Below are positions 59,672 through 64,000 of a stretch of 64,000 nt of DNA, piece after piece; position 1 is the first letter of the stretch; every line of letters begins with the position of its first letter. The DNA is taken from positions 26,237 through 90,236 of the forward strand of contig PWOA01000054.1 of assembly GCA_003564155.1 (NCBI GenBank). The letters run 5' to 3'. Under the pieces are notes generated by a model. The model worked only from the letters and a program-made list of their open reading frames with translations. It did no database searches and was not told the origin of the DNA. A program made the position numbers and the translations under genes. Source of the stretch: Candidatus Cloacimonadota bacterium (GTDB lineage: Bacteria > Cloacimonadota > Cloacimonadia > Cloacimonadales > PWNZ01).

Positions 59672-62600
59672 ATGATTAGATTATTGATAATATTTGTACT
59701 CATCTTATTGATGACTATAACGAGCTTGTTTCCAAAGATGGTTTTTGACATACAAATAGATGATTTCGGTATGAGGAATAGTCAATTTGATTCTTCAATG
59801 CCAATACTTAAAAATATTGGCGAACCTATGGTACCATTTAAAGACTTACGTATCTTATTACCACAAGGAAAAGTATTTCAGGAAGCGGGAATAGATATAA
59901 AAAGAGATAAATATGTATCTGTACCTCAAATTAATCATACACAAGAACCTTTACCTATTTCATATTTTCATGATGTCAATTCAAATTATAGGATAACGAG
60001 GAATGAGACAATATATCAACGAGATGCCTATTACCCTTATAAAGATATTGAAATATTGGGGATTGAAAGAAAAAATGGACATGATATTTTAATCTTAAAC
60101 ATTTATCCTTATCAATATAACCCAGTTAAAGAGACTGTAAAATGGGCTTCTGACATTACATTAACTATTAAAACTGAGTCGTGTGATGGTGTTGCTTATC
60201 AGCAAAACCTTTTTTTGGTTCAAAACGAAAGAATCCGTGATGAAATTTCTCATTTGGTTATAAACCCTGAGATTTTAAATACTTATTATAAACAACCCTT
60301 TAGAAGAGAATCTTTGCTAGCTGACCCGAATAATCCCTTCGAGATGATAGTAATATCAGAGAAGTCGAAGGAAGAAGTTTTCGAAGATTTTATTGATTGG
60401 AAATTCGATAAAGGTATTACAACAGGTTTCTTCACAACAGAAGATATCTACAATACCTATAAAGGTGTTGATAATCAGGAGAAAATACGTAACTTCATAA
60501 TTGACGCTTATAAGACGTATTCCTTAACAAAAACTCCATTGGAATATGTAATCTTAGGCGGTGATGATCAAATAATCCCCATTAGAGGCTTATATGGACG
60601 TGTAGGTCAATACGTCGATTATAACATGCCCGCTGACATTTATTATAGCAATCTTGACGGATGTTGGGATGGTAATGGAAACGGAATTTATGGTGAACTA
60701 AATGATGACATAGATTATTTTTCTGAAGTAGCTATCGGTAGGATACCGGCTTATTCAAATCAAGAGTTCTACAACTTTTTTGAAAAAACATACCGCTACG
60801 TTGATGTTAATAGCTTCAGCAATGATATAGTTTATATGTTGGGAGAAAATCTTGATAATACACCTACTTGGGGAGGAGACTATAAAGATGAGATAATACC
60901 GTACATACCGGATGATTATCATATGGAAACTTTATACGAAAGAGATGAAACATTTAGTAGTCAGGGTGTTTACAATATTTTTGAGGGAGGTTTTTCATAT
61001 ATAAACCACATTGGACATGCTAATCATTCAACTGTTTTCGGAATTAGGAATAGCAGAGTATCCTCTTTAAATAATACAGAATTTGGTTTTGCATATACAC
61101 AGGGATGCCACCCAGCTGCCTTTGATTATGGAACAAGCGAAGAATCGGGAGCTGTCGGGCAGAATCTCACTATAGCTTCGGGAGGATTGTTTGCATTTAT
61201 AGGTAACACGAGATATGGTTGGTATCGCAGAGGAACAACTGATGGCCCGTCACAGGCATTCGATATAACATTTTTTGAAGGACTTTATGACAAGTCTATA
61301 CGTGAACTAGGTCATACTATGAATTATTCAAAAGAAAGTCTTGTTAATCAAGCTAAGAAATATGATGTAATGAGGTGGGTTTATTTCCAGCTTATACTTT
61401 TTGGTGACCCTTCGGTAGCCGTCAAGGATCCTCTTGGTACATTTCCTTTTGTTGAGGTTAGTGATTTTATGTTTGACGATGTTAAGGGAGACGGAGATGG
61501 AGTAGTTAATCCAGGTGAGACAATAAATATATATGTAGAAATCAATAATCTCGAAAACTGGGCAGATGCAACTGAGACTGTGGGAACTCTTTATATTGAT
61601 GATCATCATATCCAAATACTCAATGAGACAGTATATTTCGGAGACATACCAACAAATGACTCAATAAATAACGAAGACGCACCATTTATGGTGGCATTGG
61701 ATGACAAAATCTCATATGGAACTTATGAACTTAATCTGCTGATAGAATCATTGGGAGTTGATAATGCAAAGTTTTCTAAGGTTTATTCAATTCCTATGCC
61801 TGTAACCCTTGAACAAAAAAAATGGCCTTGGAGACACCAGTATCCGATTAATGCAAACCCAGTTTTTGCTGATTTAAATAATGATGGAGTTGGTGAGATT
61901 GTTGTCACCGATGTTCAAGGGAATGTAAACTTCTTAGACCGGGAAGCTTCCTTTTCCAGAAAACAAATTGAGAATACTGAGTTACTATGGCGCAGTTCGT
62001 CTTTGGGAGATTTGACTGGTAATGGTAAACTTGATATTGTAATGGCAAGTAGACGTAATAAAGTCATCGCTTACAGTGTCGAAAATGATACACTTTTCAC
62101 GTACAATGATTGCGGACAAATTGTTTTAACGCCTGTAATTGCAGATATTAATAATGATGGGAATAATCAGATAGTAGTGTTAGACATAGACAAAAAGCTG
62201 TATGTTATCGATAATGAAGGTAAGATTGGAGATGGATTCCCTCTTACATTGTCACAGACAGCAGTTGCTGATTTAGCTGTTGCTGATCTTACAGGTGATG
62301 GAAATCAAGAAATCGTAGTAGGAACTTTAGATGGTAAACTCCATGCCGTTAAGTATGACGCTTCATTTGTTGACGGTTTCCCAGTACAATTAGATAGTCG
62401 TCCTATATCTGCACCGATAATATTGCCTAACTACGATATCGTAGTTAGTACTGGGGGCAATAAATTGCATTTGATTTCTAAAGAGGGTAAGGTATTAATG
62501 GAGAGAAAAACTCAGGGAAGAGTTGCGATGGAGATTATTGCTGCAGATTTTACAAATGATAATATTTTGGAATTTGCTTATGTAACCAATAATGGCTACA

Positions 62601-63286
62601 TTGATATCATAAACCGACAGGGAAGTTCATTATCAGGTTTTCCAATCAGAGCCAGCGGTTCCTTTCTTCATCCTCCATTAGCTGTAGATATGAACGGAGA
62701 TAACTTGGTTAACTTGATAGCTCATACTTCGACCGGAACTATTTATGCTTTTAATCATCAGGGCGAGATCATTAATTATTTCCCATATCCTGTAGGACGC
62801 TCAATAGAAGCACCTGCATCTATAGCAGACATAGATAAAGACGGTGATTTAGATATAATCATTTCAACTTCTTCAGGTGTTACGGTTATTGATTATAAAA
62901 ACCGATATAAATCCATTAAACCTTGGACAACTTATCGAGCTAATTTACAAAGAACCGGTTTTTATGGAGAGGATCATACTTTAGAAATTGAAGAGATAAA
63001 TGTTCCGATTGTTACTAATCTGAAGCAAAATTATCCTAATCCATTTAATCCTGAAACAAAAATTGATTTTGCCTTGAGTAAAAATAGTCATATTTTATTA
63101 GAAGTATTTAACTTAAAAGGTCAGCGAATTAATACTCTTATCGATGAATATTTAAAAGAAGGACATCATAGTGTTGTATGGCAAGGTGTTGATAATAAAC
63201 AAAATATCGTTAGCAGTGGGATATATTTCTACAGACTAACAACAGAAAATAAGTTATTCCATAAAAAAATGATGTTGTTAAAATAG
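59672..63286 (+). CDS. Secreted C25 (gingipain-like) cysteine peptidase with FG-GAP beta-propeller repeats and T9SS C-terminal sorting domain
   Basis: Has a signal peptide. C25-like blocks are VILGGDDQIIPIRG, YINHIGHANHSTVFG (catalytic His candidate) and FAYTQGCHPAAFDYG (catalytic Cys candidate). About 7 repeats of the form ADLNNDGVGEIVV / ADLTGDGNQEIVVGTLDGKLHA / ..GFP.. The tail NYPNPFNPETKIDFAL...LEVFNLKGQRI...SGIYFYRL is a textbook Por secretion tail. Confidence 0.85.
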   Translation: MIRLLIIFVLILLMTITSLFPKMVFDIQIDDFGMRNSQFDSSMPILKNIGEPMVPFKDLRILLPQGKVFQEAGIDIKRDKYVSVPQINHTQEPLPISYFHDVNSNYRITRNETIYQRDAYYPYKDIEILGIERKNGHDILILNIYPYQYNPVKETVKWASDITLTIKTESCDGVAYQQNLFLVQNERIRDEISHLVINPEILNTYYKQPFRRESLLADPNNPFEMIVISEKSKEEVFEDFIDWKFDKGITTGFFTTEDIYNTYKGVDNQEKIRNFIIDAYKTYSLTKTPLEYVILGGDDQIIPIRGLYGRVGQYVDYNMPADIYYSNLDGCWDGNGNGIYGELNDDIDYFSEVAIGRIPAYSNQEFYNFFEKTYRYVDVNSFSNDIVYMLGENLDNTPTWGGDYKDEIIPYIPDDYHMETLYERDETFSSQGVYNIFEGGFSYINHIGHANHSTVFGIRNSRVSSLNNTEFGFAYTQGCHPAAFDYGTSEESGAVGQNLTIASGGLFAFIGNTRYGWYRRGTTDGPSQAFDITFFEGLYDKSIRELGHTMNYSKESLVNQAKKYDVMRWVYFQLILFGDPSVAVKDPLGTFPFVEVSDFMFDDVKGDGDGVVNPGETINIYVEINNLENWADATETVGTLYIDDHHIQILNETVYFGDIPTNDSINNEDAPFMVALDDKISYGTYELNLLIESLGVDNAKFSKVYSIPMPVTLEQKKWPWRHQYPINANPVFADLNNDGVGEIVVTDVQGNVNFLDREASFSRKQIENTELLWRSSSLGDLTGNGKLDIVMASRRNKVIAYSVENDTLFTYNDCGQIVLTPVIADINNDGNNQIVVLDIDKKLYVIDNEGKIGDGFPLTLSQTAVADLAVADLTGDGNQEIVVGTLDGKLHAVKYDASFVDGFPVQLDSRPISAPIILPNYDIVVSTGGNKLHLISKEGKVLMERKTQGRVAMEIIAADFTNDNILEFAYVTNNGYIDIINRQGSSLSGFPIRASGSFLHPPLAVDMNGDNLVNLIAHTSTGTIYAFNHQGEIINYFPYPVGRSIEAPASIADIDKDGDLDIIISTSSGVTVIDYKNRYKSIKPWTTYRANLQRTGFYGEDHTLEIEEINVPIVTNLKQNYPNPFNPETKIDFALSKNSHILLEVFNLKGQRINTLIDEYLKEGHHSVVWQGVDNKQNIVSSGIYFYRLTTENKLFHKKMMLLK

Positions 63287-63331
63287 TTAGATATTCTGCG
63301 ACTATTTCTTCTTATTAAATGTCGTGAACTT

Positions 63332-64000
63332 ATGATTCTACAGGATAGTTATTCTTCCAATAAAGGTTTCATATTCAACTTGCAGCGACTGCTAGCGGTT
63401 AAATGCTTACTTATAATATTCTTGATTTTTATTTTTCGTGCGATAAGGGCAGATATATGCAGTCATAATCAAATATTTGGTCCTTTACTGCCGATAGAAA
63501 TTAATGAAACTTCTTCCCCAGAATCGATATTGGTGCCGAAACACTTTTTGAATATTCTATTGAAAGAATGTCTAAGCTGTTATATCTTTTTAGTAGAGAT
63601 TGATGAGCAAAAAGCCTATCTAGTTAATTTTCAAAAAGAACCTTACGATTTTAACGTTATTAGAGAATTTGAGATATCGAGCGGCAAGCAAAAAGGAGCT
63701 AAGAGGAGCGAATGGGATTTACGAACTCCTAAGGGTTTTTATGAAATAACCGAATATCGACAGGGTAAGAATTTGCATAAGAAATACGGTCCTGGTGCTT
63801 ATGTCTTAAATTATCCAAACCCGATGGAAAAAGTAGAAAAAAGAACAGGTAGTGGTATTTGGATTCACGGAACAGATAGGCTTGACTTTATAGATTATGA
63901 CTCTGAAGGTTGTATACGTTTAATAAATGAAGAATTGCTCTTTTTGAAAACGTATCTTGAGCCATATCAATCTCCGGTGATCATTGTAGATAAAATAGAA
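63332..64000 (+). CDS. L,D-transpeptidase (YkuD) family protein, 3' end outside window
   Basis: The frame opens at ATG 63332 (MILQDSYSSNKGF...) with a TM/signal segment. The catalytic block is GSGIWIHGTD...SEGCIRL (His/Cys). The frame is still open at base 64000. It is absent from the ORF track because no stop lies within the window. Confidence 0.8.
   Translation, partial: MILQDSYSSNKGFIFNLQRLLAVKCLLIIFLIFIFRAIRADICSHNQIFGPLLPIEINETSSPESILVPKHFLNILLKECLSCYIFLVEIDEQKAYLVNFQKEPYDFNVIREFEISSGKQKGAKRSEWDLRTPKGFYEITEYRQGKNLHKKYGPGAYVLNYPNPMEKVEKRTGSGIWIHGTDRLDFIDYDSEGCIRLINEELLFLKTYLEPYQSPVIIVDKIE

Overview
This is an AT-rich bacterial chromosomal window (roughly one-third GC by eye), tightly packed with about 50 protein genes. 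I found no rRNA, tRNA, CRISPR array, transposase, integrase or phage gene. Most genes are housekeeping: efp, greA, gpsA, an EF-G2-type paralog, yebC-ruvC-ruvA, rsmB, gyrB-gyrA, tsaD, hutU, thiM-thiE-thiL-thiD, polA, tatD, ftsY, rpsT, ygiQ, a NifU-like gene and tandem hsp20 genes. The accessory content is a set of very large secreted proteins with signal peptides, FG-GAP/VCBS-type repeats and C-terminal domains that read like type IX secretion (T9SS) sorting domains. These are an M6-like protein whose HExxH zinc site is destroyed (1747-5103), an intact S8 subtilase (6253-10515) and a C25 gingipain-like cysteine peptidase (59672-63286). A small PorV/PorQ-like outer-membrane barrel gene sits between the first two. 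A bacterial serpin, an 803-aa lipoprotein and a 1094-aa membrane-anchored coiled-coil protein with a TPR partner are also present. Regulatory signals read directly from the DNA include: a near-consensus CIRCE operator with a TTGCAT-N17-TATAAT promoter in front of the hsp20 pair; a candidate leader-peptide terminator/antiterminator switch in the 5' leader of a heterodimeric ABC exporter operon; several intrinsic terminators; and a recurring TTGACA -35 box upstream of many operons. A 56-aa 2x[4Fe-4S] ferredoxin gene (53206-53376, minus) is missing from the supplied ORF track. Strong GGAGG Shine-Dalgarno sites and TTGACA boxes combined with T9SS-type C-terminal domains suggest an FCB-group lineage outside Bacteroidota proper, for example a Cloacimonadota-like organism; this is inference only. 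No database search or folding calculation could be run, so every family assignment comes from motif recognition by eye.
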